A stretch of 64,000 bases of DNA, taken from contig OZ004609.1 of the NCBI GenBank assembly GCA_963924565.1, positions 30,814,001 to 30,878,000 of the forward strand, in the 5' to 3' direction. Positions 1 to 12,800 of this stretch are shown here, one piece after another. This DNA is from Ascidiella aspersa (Eukaryota). A program made the translations under genes and the position numbers. Numbering within the stretch: position 1 is the stretch's first letter; each line of letters begins with the position of its first letter. Below the pieces are notes generated by a model. The model ran no database searches. It was not told the DNA's origin and saw only the letters and a program-made list of their open reading frames with translations.

Positions 1-1378
1 TATGCCTTTGATGCGAAAGTGGTTCAAATATGGCGTAGAATTTGGGGAATGATCGAAACATATATTTGATAAATAGAATTTACTTAGATAATGCATATGG
101 CTATTTTATTAAATTTTGACCAGCTTACGTGTTTGAAAATCAAATATTATCATTCTCTTAAAGACTAAAAATGGTTTAACGCCTATGGTTTGCTATACTT
201 TTGCAAACTTTCACTAGGTAATTTTTTACCATAGCTTGGTCCGAGCAATCACTGTTAAAACAGGCTTTAAATCTGTCGTTTCAAACAATATGAAAAACAC
301 TATTACGTGCCTAATACGCAAACTATTAAATCGAAAGTTTTGCTAGATAAGTTTAGGCCTGATGTTGGTATGCTGGTTGGAGCAAGATGCACAACAGGTG
401 CTAACAGAGAGGCGTAGACTGCCTTAAGATTTCGCATTTAAACTTGCGGCGGTAAATACACCCTATTGACACTTAATTATTAGGCGAAGCTTATCGCGAA
501 GTAATTGGTCGCCCCAAAAAATGCTGACGCCGCATTTAAAGCAAGCACTATAAATGTGTCGCCGATATTCTGCCTTGAACATCCCTACTCGAAATGCTTC
601 CCTCCGTTAATTGTACGGTGGGTGAAACTTTATTCACGGCCTTACCTCTTTGTGTATTACCGCGACAATACGATGAAATACGATTTGGAGAATATTGGAA
701 ACATCGTATTTGGAGAATATTTGCTATTTGCACCTGTTCTGTATGTTACTCCAATCCAACATATCTACACACAATTATAAGTTGTGTATAATAATATAAT
801 AACTTATGGCTTTGAAGCGAAGGGGGTTCAAATATGGCGTAGATTTTGGCAAATGATCGAAACATACATTTGATCAATAAAAATTTACGTAGATAATGCT
901 TACGGCCATGTTATTACATTTTGGTCAGCTAGCATGTTTAAAAAGTCAATATTTTCATTCTCTCTAAATGATTTAACGTCTATGGTTTGCTATATTTTTT
1001 CCAACTTTTACTGTGTAAATTTTTACCATGCCTTGGTCTGAGCAATCACTGTTGAAACAGAGTTTAAATCTGTAGTTTTGAGCAATATGCAAACACGTTT
1101 ATGTGCCTAATAAGCCACGTTTTATATTGAAAGTTTTGCCAATTTAAATCCAATAAACGCAAGATTTATTTATTTATGACGCCATGTTATGACGTAGCTT
1201 TGTAACGTCGTCGTTAAGAATGCGTTAAACTTAAGCTTTTTGTTGTTGCGGCCTTGTATAATTATATTTGCTTAGACCTGGTGTTGATATGTTTGAATGG
1301 TGCAACAATTACAACATGTGCTAACAGAGATGTGTACACTGCCTGTAGGATTCGCATTTAAATTTGCGGTGGTAAAAT
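1..1378. repeat. Diverged tandem duplication (copy A ~1-457, copy B ~805-1378, B with an extra ~130-bp block)
   Basis: Colinear similar blocks, e.g. ggttcaaatatggcgtaga, gagcaatcactgtt and gattcgcatttaaa.ttgcgg.ggtaaa, in both copies. Confidence 0.85.
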
Positions 1379-1796
1379 ATTTTGTGTTGTAAGAGCAATA
1401 GGTTTTTTTACTTAGAGAGGCCTCTTTATGAAAGGCAAGTCGCATGTGCATAGTTTTACTAGGCAAGCCACTTCCAACACAAATGTTGCACGCGCGGGAC
1501 AATAGGGCGCAGCAGGGATGCCAGCAGCCGCCTCGTCGCGACGCGAGCTGGACAAAGCAAGCGAATATGAACGAATTCTGTATGAAAGTTTTTCTGCTGC
1601 TAGATGGCTGTCGTTAGCTACAAAGTGCTAAAAAGCAATATTTCAGGTTTTTACCCTCCAAGCAAAGGCCCCTGGGAGTGCAGCCTCATAAACTTTTACA
1701 AAGCACCTACATACCACTATACGCCATGTCTGAAAATTTGAAGGTTCTACGATGTCTACTTTTTCTATAAAGCTTCGGACAAAACTCGGTCTGAAA

Positions 1797-1863
1797 CAAA
1801 CCATAGGAAACCATAGGAAACCATAGGAAACCATAGGAAACCATAGGAAACCATAGGAAACCA
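1797..1863. repeat. 10-bp minisatellite (CCATAGGAAA)n, 6 perfect units
   Basis: Directly visible at 1801-1860 with partial flanking units. Confidence 0.97.
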
Positions 1864-2691
1864 AAAAAGAATAACGGCAAAAACAAGATATGTCCCGAAA
1901 ATAAATTTTCGGCCCATATAATTATACAAAAACTCGAAATTTACGCAACCAGTGTCTGTCAATAAATACCTCCCCGACTGCCAATAGCAGCGGCCGTTTT
2001 ATTAAACTAACCTTGACTTTCGGGTTTTTTAAAAAAAAGTCTTATCTGGGTTTCTCTCGCTTTGAAAGTGTCGAGAAAAGGCCCCTTCTGGCGGGTTGTA
2101 CGCCAACTCGCGCGCGAGCGTGCGTCATGTAACAATGCCTTATTTGCTTTGTCATAATAGGTGCGAAATCGCGCGGCTGTCTTGTCAAACAGGTGTGTGC
2201 GTGTAAGTCGCTTGCCTTTCAAAAAAGTGATCAAATGCGGCTTATTAGTTCGTCGTATTTGGGGGTAAATTGCTCAAACCATTGGAAATTAAATAAGGGG
2301 ACTCCTTTTAGTTTTTTTTGCGTTTAGCGGGAGCATTTTGTTCACGTGTAAACCTTTTTACAGTACCTCTTTAATCTATGTGTTTAAAAATTGCATTGAT
2401 CAGTGCAACGTACTTGATAATTATTTTTTATTACAATAGTATATGGTGCTTTCACCTTTGGCTTACACATAGATAACGTATAATATAGTCAAAATGTTCT
2501 ACTTATATTTCTCGTAGCATATTATCTAAATACTGAGCTCGTCTGATTTAATGCAAACTTAATATGTAAAAATGAAGATATCTCCTCGTCCTAATGCACG
2601 TTAATGACGACAATGACTTCGAATGGTTGCAAAACAGTATAGACTTTCTTGTCTCAGTCAAAATCAGTCACTATATAGGTTCTAGTTTAAA

Positions 2692-2731
2692 AAAGAAATA
2701 TATTTCGCCAATCACGGCATCATCAGTCTCT
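2692..2731 (-). ncRNA. Minimal type-I hammerhead ribozyme (inverted copy)
   Basis: Reverse-complement copy of 2795-2834, with stem I AGAGA/UCUUU (one G-U pair). Confidence 0.75.
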
Positions 2732-2794
2732 AAATTAATTTTTAATTTCTACCACCATGGTTTAAGTGTTTACATTATTTTGTATTCGTTTTTT

Positions 2795-2834
2795 AGAGAC
2801 TGATGATGCCGTGATTGGCGAAATATATTTCTCT
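2795..2834 (+). ncRNA. Minimal type-I hammerhead ribozyme
   Basis: AGAGA-CUGAUGA-U-GCC(GUGAUU)GGC-GAA-AUAUAU-U-UCUCU: stem I AGAGA/UCUCU, 3-bp stem II, palindromic stem III, complete core. Confidence 0.8.
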
Positions 2835-4504
2835 TTTCAACTAGAACCTATAGTGACTGATTTTGACTGAGACAAGAAAGTCTATACTGTTTTATCTCGT
2901 CTGATTTATTGCCAACCACACCACGCATTTGCGGCAAGCAAACAGTGAATAAGTAGCCGCCAAAATTGTGATTTTTAATGTTGCAGTGACTCAAGTACGC
3001 ACGTCACTGGTTCGCTTAAATAACCTAATGCAATCTATTCGGGGCAAAATGACTTAACGTGAATTTAGCTCTTTGTACACTTAACGTAAAAGTCTAGTGT
3101 TATTGTTTTGCAGAAAAATTGTCTGGTTACCTTGTTTTCTAATCACATATATGTTTCATGTTGCGCAGTTTTATTAAGATTTATAACAATTTGGCGCTTC
3201 ATTTTAAAGAATCGAAGTTTGAAATCTTTATATTGCTTTGACTAATTTTGTTGGGGTTAAATGTTAATGAATTTTGTTTTTCCTTGACAACAAACGCCTT
3301 ATGAATGTTTAAATAACTCTAATCTGCTTCCCGAAAAACGACATTAACGAAGTGTTAAAATGTTTACAGCATTTCGCGTTTTAAGTAATTTCAACAGACT
3401 TCTAAGTGCTTAGTATTAGCATCTTATAACACTGTGCTATGTTGCGGTAATTAAAAAAGAATATGCTTTAGGTTGCTCTGCCTTTCAAACATGAGGAGTG
3501 GTTCTCAAAATGGGGTCCGCGGCCCCACGGGACTCGTGAGGATGTTCCCACATATTTTAAATTAATTAATTGATAAAACATTTTCACCCGGAGCACATCC
3601 CTCTTGTTTAGTTCGTGAGATAATCATTAAATTCATAGCGTGTGTAAAGAAAACAGTTTAGCATCGGTACGAATTTCCGGGTACAAATGTACTGTAAGAT
3701 TTTTTCGTTTTGAAAACTGACGAGACCCTGTATTATTTAAACACCAGATTCGGTGGTGATTAATAAAGACGTTTCACCTGTGGGTGGTGGGCAAACAACG
3801 GTCGTTTCTAAATTTGATACTTTTTTATAAATAAAAATAACGCCATTTCGTGTCAAAGTTGGTTGAAATGATGTTCTACTACTCAAGTTTACTAATTCGT
3901 CATTGTATACAAATACACCAATGCGGGTTTTCAGGAGCAATGACGCAGAGCTTATGAGCTAAGCCGTAGGAATGTTTTTCATCGAGCGACGATCGTCGGT
4001 TGAAATGTTGTTTGTGACACAACATTTCGCGTATACGCTTTTTGGTCGCGTGCGAAAAAAGGGGCGCAACGTTTTGACTGCGACTTACTAAACAGAATTT
4101 ACGGTTTAATGAAAGCCTGAGATTTTTAACAAAAGTCTTCATACAACACGATTAAGGTCAGAGCTATCATTCGACAGGAGCTCAAATTAAGTGGTTCTTA
4201 ACCTTTTTCAACGTAGGCCCCTAAAAACTTTTATATTTATTATTTAGTTCAGCATAAAATTGAACGTCATAAGAAACCTGCTGTTTTCGGTCGAAAAAAT
4301 TGAAAATTGAAAAAGGGTTTAAATACATTCAAGAAGATTGCGTCTATTTTATAATTCAACTATTTTAATTTTGAAATTTAAGATTTTAATCATTCCTTCA
4401 TGGACCCCTTAGTACACGGACCTAGGAACCCCTGCTCTATGTAAACACGATAGACAAATTATTCTGTACAGTGTTTTATTAGCATAGCTCTGATTGGTTC
4501 TTGT

Positions 4505-5629
4505 CACAGGCGCCGAACTTTTAAAATCCCAGGGCGTTTTTTGAACCAGTCCTTAAAAAGGGGGTTCCCGAAATTTCAACTTGGGTAATTCCCCTATTTT
4601 CCGTCTGACGTTAATGAATAATGACGTCATGAAATAGTGACGGGGATGACGTCATAAAATAGTGAAGGGAATGACGTCATACATATATAACCAAACAAAG
4701 CCAATTAACGTCCAGCAAAAGCGAACTCTTGCTATAAAATAGCTTAGTGTGCAATCGTTAACTTCAGGCGAAAAACTAAACCAAGACGGTGAACTTGTGT
4801 GATTGATTTTGATAGAATCATGTTTCGACTATCAGCAGCGCAGTTACCCAAGTTCCTTGTACGGGACTACGCTAAATTACAAGCACGTCTTTCGTCACCT
4901 GCAAAACGAAGATCGTTTTCCGGATGTTGTTATGCCACGATTTGCGCATCATCTGCGCCGAGCAGTGTGCCAAGTCAATTTTGCGATTCCGTATATTATG
5001 TTTAAAACAACCGTTATGTCTCACGTTGTCAGAAATAATTGTACCTAAAGCTAATGCGTGTTTTGTCCTGTATTAAAATGATGAAGGACGAAGGTTAGTG
5101 CCAATTTAGTTTAAGCAGCGTTCTTAACTTATTTCAGCCATAGCATACGTACGTGCAGAAGGAGCGAGCGTTGTGACGCTAGACGAAGCACTGTGTTATA
5201 CGGCGTTTAAAAGTTAGGAAATAGGTTAACACTTGTCTATTTTAGCCTCAGTAATAGGCTTGATGCATCTTTTATCACAGAAGATTTTTCACTAAACACA
5301 AATTTCTCATCAGCTTTAGCTTGAACTACGTTTAGCGCGACCTGGTATTTCGTACTTTTAACCCTTCGGTTTATTATTAGGTGCAAACGAATACTTTCGC
5401 AGAAGGTACTTCTCCGCATGGAATTCAGAAAAGTCGCGCATACTGTTAGTGAACCAGGATTGTGTTATTAGCAGTGTACATTGCGCTATAGCTGTAATAT
5501 AGTGTTCACAGAAGTGAAGTTGCACACTAATTGCACACGAAACTTAAGCGAACTCCAGGGCGTTTTGACACCCTGCAAGAAATCCAGGGCGTCAAAAAAC
5601 GCTCTGCACACCCACGTTCGGCGCCTATG
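4505..5629. mobile_element. Non-autonomous hAT-type DNA transposon (1125 bp)
   Basis: TIRs CACAGGCGCCGAAC and GTTCGGCGCCTATG (13/14 match). Perfect 8-bp TSD GTTCTTGT at 4497-4504 and 5630-5637. Subterminal CCAGGGCGT repeats at both ends and no transposase ORF. Confidence 0.88.
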
Positions 5630-8600
5630 GTTCTTGTAATCACCTTTTCCTTTTTCCGTTTTTTCCGTTTTTCCGTACAGCTAGAATTTCTGGAAAATAA
5701 CAAACAGGCCAAAACGCGTCAAACAGGTTATAAACTTGCCAAGTAAAACAACCTCTTACTACTTGGAAACAGTATACACAACAATTTACTGTAAGACGCT
5801 GCTCTCCAGGAAAGCACGTATCGAGAATAAGGCGTGGCAGACTTGTTTACATTTTACCTGCGTTTCGGAATTCCGGCGCAATTTATCAACCAATCTATTG
5901 TGCTTTTCAAATTAGCTAGTTTACATATCCCTATTTAAGGTAAAATATTGACAGAAAAACAAAGAGCTTAAGCCGACTATAGTTCAAATATCTCTTCACT
6001 ATATTTTCTAACATTTCACGTGCAATGTCTCTTTTTCTTAAATTTTCAACCAGCCGTAAAATTCCCCCAGCGTATTGCCTAATTATTTTTAGATATATTT
6101 TTGTTCGTGCCCTATATTTTTAAAACGCAATTTTTTTAGTTAGATATTGATTTGACCGTGTTTTTAAAAAACATACGACGCCTATTTTTTTTTTCTTCGG
6201 TGAGTTGACGTGAAATTGGTCACTGAGTTTAAAAAACAGTTGTAACCTAATGTCATATTGTTTTAAATCACTTTCCACTTAACGGGTAAATTTTTTTTAA
6301 TTATGCCGCAAAGGTAAACGTACACCATTAAACGTGATATAAAGGTTCATGGCAATACGTAAATTCCAACACATTCTATATTTAAAAACTAGCGACGCAA
6401 GGCCCTACAGATCGCGACATGACGAGCCAAATTGTTGCACGCGTCATATTCGATTGTCTTTAGGTTGTTGTTTTCCTCGCCGCTTCACCATAAAAGCCGC
6501 CCGCGTATACAACAGACCGCCGAATCCGTTCCCAATGCCCAGAGAATCGCGGAATGTCTCGTTACGCAACCTCACCTGTTATGCAATGACTGCACTGCTC
6601 CTTACCTATGTACGCGTGATCTACTGCCCTCTGGTGGCCGCCTGGCGTCCGTCTTGCATAAGAGCCGAAAAGTAAGAAGGACAGCGCCTTACGCAACGCT
6701 AAGCGGGCCCGGAATATCAAGTCGAGAAAAGCTCACAGCAGCGGCTTTCGACTCCGCGTTTTGGGCCCGTACAGCATGTGTTTGGAGCGAATAAGCCAGC
6801 GCGTAATCCAAGCTCGGTGGACTTACATAAGTCGGCCGGAGCCGCTTGCGTAAAGCGAGCTCGCGACTGAGCCGCCGCTCATCGCCTCAAGGCTCAGTTA
6901 CATAACTCGCGATTCGAAGCCGCGGCCCCGGCCGACTGTAGGTAACTTTCTATGCAAAGCGACGCTCAGTTCGAGTGCTGGGCCTGGGAAAGATGCAGGC
7001 AGTGATTTTTCGGAAGTGCGACTTTCGACGGGTTTGCCTTTTATTGGAAAGCGGCTTTATCAGTTTCCGAGCACTCGACACAGTGTGTCCCGCTTGCCTT
7101 CCAGGAACGGCCGCCATTTTAGGGCTTGGCTGGGACGATTTCGGATAAAAAGTGAATACGCAATGAATGAAGGCGCCAGAATCAGAGGCAGTCGCAGTCG
7201 AACCACTTTTCTTCTTAAAAGTGCCAGAACAGTTTTACGCGTTAAAGCTACGTCATTCTACAGTTCAGACTTGAGTTGGTAGTGCCACTTGCAGAAACCA
7301 TTTAGCCTTGTGTGTCCTTAGTGCTCTATGTCAACTGTTTACCAGCCGTTCAGGTATTTGTGGAAAATGTGTAAAATAAAATATTAGCATGCTGCAAAAC
7401 TGTTTTGTGCATAGTTCAAAACTTCACCTGTACGGAGAACTTTTAACCGACACCAGAACTTGGCTCTAGGTTTGCTGTCATTACGAAAGAATGTTATCTG
7501 GTGCTGTCATCTCTCAGCACGAAAGGTTAACGCCTGTAAGGCGAGGAAATGCGTCTTTCCAGCTTTCTGTCATATAGGCCAGAAACAATAGCAAGCCAGA
7601 AGTTTGAACTTGATAAGCCAAAAGGTGGCCGCGGCGCGGTTCGCTAGAGTCCAGCAGTGTAGTACCGGTGGACACTCGACCAAACTGCCAATTACTGGCC
7701 TTTCGCTTGTGATAGTAGCGTACGGTCGGCGAGTCGCTTGTCTCGGAAGGTCAATCGTACTTTGGCAACCTAATTTAGCTGTGCAAGGCTAATAATTACC
7801 CGTCTGCCTTTGACCGGGCGAAATGGACAGTGTATAATGCTGTTCTACCAAGCGTGCACTGATCTTGCAGCGTAGCACCCTAAAGCCACTATACACAAGG
7901 CACAAGCCTTTGCTTGGCGAAGTAAAGCAAAACCATGCCTACACATCCCACGGGAATGCACTTAGTTCCCGGAACCCTGGCGTTCTTTCTAGCTAAGTAG
8001 CTAAGGCGTGGTGCTGTTGCGATAATACATAGTTACGGGACTTTGGCCGATAAGTAAGCGGGCAGCGAGCGAGGTTTAGTCGCAGTTTTCCGGGCCCCTG
8101 CTGCCACAATAATCGCATTGTCGCTCTTTTCGATCATTTCGCCGCCGTGACGGTGACGTCCATCGCATACAAGTTCCGCGAAAGCTTTAGGCGCCGGGTG
8201 GCCGATATTTACACCGCGGACGAATAGATGGCGATTTGGGCCTTATTTTGGGAAAGTCCTAGACAGGCTGCTTGAAGTCTTACAGGCGCTGTGTTGTGGT
8301 GCTAGCGTCTGTTGCATAACAACCGTTCGCCTGTTGTTGAAGCATCTGTAGACGCCATACGGCTAAATTAGGCTCAATCTGATTGTTGGGATTAAGCTAT
8401 TAACATTGTTTAAAAAAATTGAATGAGTATTTAGATCGCAAAAACGCGCGTGTCATATGATGAGGCCTAAACACTCAAGTGAGACAACTGTTATGTTTAT
8501 TGACACTTTAAGGATATCAGAAGCGTATAGGTCCAAAACTTCTCAACTGCATAATTTGAGACAGTTTATCAGTGTTTTTGGCTATTTCGACGCAGCGGTA

Positions 8601-8849
8601 TATTTATGTGCAGAGCCGGATACGGGCCGGTTACCGAAGTTTTCGGTTTTTTTTCCTTACGATTTTAGGACCCTGGCCAGCAAAATATGCAGGGTCACAA
8701 AACATTCAGGTTATGCCAAATCTCCCGGTTATCACGGCGCCGCCGCACCTTAGCCTTTAGAGGCCCGAAGTCGGTCACGGGATTTTTTGTTTCGCAGAAG
8801 TTCCGGAGCGCTTTCGTCGAAAATCTGATCCTCCCGCCGATAAAAGCGA

Positions 8850-9130
8850 CACACGCCAATAGCCCAATAGAGGGGGGTCAGGCTGCACGCGCGCATGCGC
8901 ACGACGCAAAGCCCTCCTTAAAATCTTCGATTTCCAAGCGCGCCCGGACGCTTTGAGGTGCGCAAGGCCGTGATTTCCCTAAAACGCAGCGGATCCGGCG
9001 CCCGGGTCACGGGTTCACGGTCGACGCTTATGTAACTGTTAAATTGGCCTGCAGGCATCGGTCAGTGCGGAGCAGTTGCGCCTCAACCGCCGTTCTCCTC
9101 TCTCTTTCTCCTTCTCTCTCGCGCTCCTCC
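8850..9130 (+). promoter_or_regulatory. CpG-rich promoter-like region, candidate upstream SOCS promoter
   Basis: Two CCAAT boxes (~8856-8868), NRF1-type palindrome GCGCATGCGC at 8891-8900, Inr-like TCAGT at 9062 and a downstream CT-rich tract. Confidence 0.5.
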
Positions 9131-9593
9131 TTGGCGTCTCTCCTTTCCTCCCGCGCGCGGACTTTCGCTGCCACTCTAGTCACGTTGGGTCAGCGTCGCA
9201 GCAAACGCGTCTTCAAGAACGGTTCGACCTTTCCGAATGCTAAGACGCAAGGCAGCTTTCGTGAAAGCAACGACACGAACGAATCCCTCGGGCCGTACGA
9301 ATGCTTGAGCGAAAGCGATTCTGGTATAATACTGGCCGCTTGTCAATACTTGCGCTTGCGTGATTGGCCCGTGCCACTTTCGTGCTGCTCTTGACCTCCG
9401 CCGCGGACGCCCGTGACCCAAGGTGTCACGCTTGTTCCGAGCGTGGCCGGCCTTCTGCGAAAGGCAACAGTCGCACGATAAGTTCGCGTTTTCAGGTTTT
9501 TTATTGAAGATCGTGCCGGCCGATTTCGCTTGAAGTTGCCGCGTCTTCCCGTTGGGTCATGTTAGACTCGCAAAAATTTCACCACTGAATGCA

Positions 9594-9837
9594 AGGGTTG
9601 TTAAACTGGGTACATGGACCCCTCGGGGGTCCGTGAAATAATTTTAGGGGTTCCATGAAGGCCTAATTAAGTCTATTTGTATTGTGACAAAAATTTAATA
9701 AGTATCAGCATATTTCGGAAGTCTATTTGATTGTGACGTAAATTTATGACGTCATTTTGGAACATTTTTTGCCTACCGGTGTCCAAGCGAAGCAAAAAAA
9801 AATTAAGGTCCGCGGTAAAAGAAAGTAGAAACTCTGA
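9594..9837. mobile_element. Degenerate hAT-like MITE
   Basis: Imperfect termini (agggttgttaaactgggg ... tagaaactctg) with ggacccc/ggggtccg subterminal motifs also seen near 3497-3540 and 4400-4435. Confidence 0.4.
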
Positions 9838-12800
9838 CTTAATGATGGGATAGAAAATACCATTGTGTGAAACGTTTGTTACGGTTGTACCGCGTTACCA
9901 CATTATCCAAACTTAGGACAATAAATTGGTACAATTTACCGAACAGAAAAAATTCAATCACTTTTATGTAAAATTGAAATATAATTTGCTCCACCAGACA
10001 ACCTACTAATCGATAAAAATGCCTCTCCAGGTAAATCATGTAAACCGATCGGTGAAATGTGATACCCGCTCAGTTCCGCCAGTTTCGGGCCGATAACCCC
10101 AAGGGGGGTCGTCGTTCTTGGCTTCATTATTGAAAGCTCAACTCTTTTAAATCCGAAAGCAACCTTCTACCGTAAATCGCGACCACAAGGCTGCCTGTGA
10201 TACATTAACGAAAACGCGTTTTCCGAAAAGCGCCCTTCGCGTAATCTCCTCGTATACCAGTTCGCGTAAAAACGGTAAGCATCAGCGAGCGAGCGTTGCC
10301 CCGGTAAACAGAACAACACCGAATGCCTTCCGCGGCCTTCGATTTTCTCTTTTTCGACTGTCTTGCGGCGGATATCGGCCTGATTAAGAGTTATAACAAT
10401 TTCGACCTGGTCTCCGTGCCCTTTTCGTATTTCACGCAATGTTTTGCCCTTAACGCAATTTTTTGCCACCCGCTTAACTTGCCTGGAATCTTTTTTGCCA
10501 GATTGTGCCTGAAAATGAGCCTTTTAATCGGAGATCACAGCACGTGGACCGCAAAAATGACACCGCTGTATTTTTTATTCCTAAAGATATAAACGATATT
10601 ATTTAATATATCTATTTATCTAGGAGAAAACTAAGTCACATAGTTACAGGCTTGCTTGGAAGTCGTTAGATAGAGGGTGACGTTTGACTTATATGTGCAG
10701 CCTTGTAGTACTCGATCAGGCATTGAGTACTACAAAGTCATAAATGGTGACATGGAGAGACTTTCTTGTCAAAGGACTAATATCTGTCCACCTTATAAAT
10801 CCATTTTTAGCGCATTTTTTTCGTGGTTTACCAAAAAACATTCTGTTTTCACAACCTATTACCGTCACTGTATGTCTTTCTTTCCAGATGTTTGCGTAGC
10901 CCTTTTTAGAATGTCCCGCGTCGAAAACGTGTGCTGATAACTGTGTATCGCGGCATGAACCGCTGCCAGAAACCGTGACACGAAAGGGAAGGACGCCACC
11001 AAAAGGATGAACAGCAAACTACGTCGGATTTTACGCAGAAAGCGAAGCAACGCCGACGACAAAGCTTCAAAGGTTTGCCGTTTTTCAACTTTTTTTTATT
11101 TAATTTTTTTTTTACGAAAATTATATTAAGTTAACAAAATGAGTTGACTTATCTAAACTTTTTAAACCTAAAACAAATTTTGGCCTAATAACCAGGAAAG
11201 ACTGAAAAAGACTTTGCCTTTTAATTTTTTGAATTTTTATCTATTTTGACGAAACTGTGGTAGGATTCTCGACCAGTGCCGAAAATTGTTGTCTTTACAA
11301 TATCCTTCTTGTTTTTTTTACTTGTTTGATAAAATATTCTTATTTTCTGAAAAGTGTTCGTAGATTTAATGAAAGTATACGTTCGACAAACATTGCGTCT
11401 GGCAATTACGTTTTGTGGGTGCCGATAAAAACCGCGCTTTTGCGGGAAACGTTTTACGGCGGGTTAGGCTCGGGCAAATAAATAAAAAACAGACATGTTT
11501 TCCGAAACTAGCTGTTTGGTATTTGCGAGTAAGGAGGCCAAGATAAATAGTGTGTCGACTCAACATATTTGTTTCAGCGTTACGATTCACCCCTCTGTGA
11601 TTCACTTGCAGGGTTTCAGATTCTTCAAATCTTTAAATGTCTGTTTAAATTATTAAAAAAAAAACATTTTTTTCAAAAGTTTTTTAAACGAAAACTGCTA
11701 TTTACTGTTTTAATTAGGAGTATCCAAGTCCATATAGAAATAGGATAAGGCTTGGATATTCCTATACTATACACGTCTAAATAAGGCCCCCGACCATTAT
11801 GCTTCTAATTTATTGTAATGTCCATGGCATTTATACTGTTATGTTTCCAAATTATTTTTCAAAAAACTCAAGTGATCAAATTTTAGTCCTTTAAAAGTCT
11901 ACAATTGTTTTTTTTTAAGTCTTTAAATATCTTCGAATTTATTTCATAAAAATGTGTGGCGACTCCAAATTGCCTTTTTCAACCAGGCCAAAACCCTTTA
12001 CAACCAAGCCTTTGCTCTGTATTCCAGCCTATCGTCCTGCGTAAAATTTTAACCTTATATATATATATATATCATTTCGGGTGAGGAACGTACCCAATGC
12101 CTCTGTTTGTCTATTGAGTGTTGACGCAAATCAACCTAGCGCGTAAACAAATAGGAACTGTTTGACATTGCCTTAACTCGAAAAGCGTTGCCCTTGAATA
12201 GCAAACGACGCCGGCAAACTTCTGCGAAACGCACCAGGACAAACCATTTTGACCAGGTATTCAAAAGGTCAACGCACTATACGCCCCTTGTCCTTCTGGG
12301 AAGTTTGGTTTTAAAGCGGTTCGCGCAAAGCTTCGCATCAAATATAGATGCGAACCCTCGTGCCCCAAGGCATTGTTGGTACCCTCATATCACCCCGAGG
12401 GGTGGTCTATTTTACAAGTTGTCTATATACAGAGTTGGCTTTAAAATTAAATAGACACCAGTCGGGCGAGTGTCGACCAATCAGAACTCGCCCTAACGAA
12501 ATTACACCCCCAAAAATGTCGGCACGCCGTCTGCAAATTTTACGCCCTACTCCTATGCTATACCTAATTGTATTTCCAATAATTTAACCTGCCTTTCTAT
12601 TTCGGTTGGTATATACATAGTCCTTGTGCGACCGGCCTCGATAGCTTAGCAGACTATTGAAATGTTTAGTAAAATACGCTTGTGTAATTATGTAAATGCG
12701 AATTGTGCATCGTTAACGATTTGTGCAATTGTCCTCCAAACTGTACCACTTAACACTATTTTCTCAAATTTAGTCCAGTAGAGGTCTTTTACGAACAACA

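Larger units (their letters stand above)
2551..2895. mobile_element. Fold-back insertion, Penelope-like pLTR remnant, with ~100-bp inverted arms and a 13-bp target-site duplication
   Basis: Arms 2631-2734 and 2792-2893 are near-perfect reverse complements. CTCGTCTGATTTA is repeated at 2538-2550 and 2896-2908. Each arm contains a hammerhead core. Confidence 0.8.

Noticed and set aside
1643-1962. ORFs with repeated FLWFPMVSYG peptide
   Set aside because: They are translations of the CCATAGGAAA minisatellite. There are no spacers, so it is not a CRISPR array either.
3717-3780. CUGACGA followed by GAC
   Set aside because: No downstream stem II-GAAA in the required geometry.
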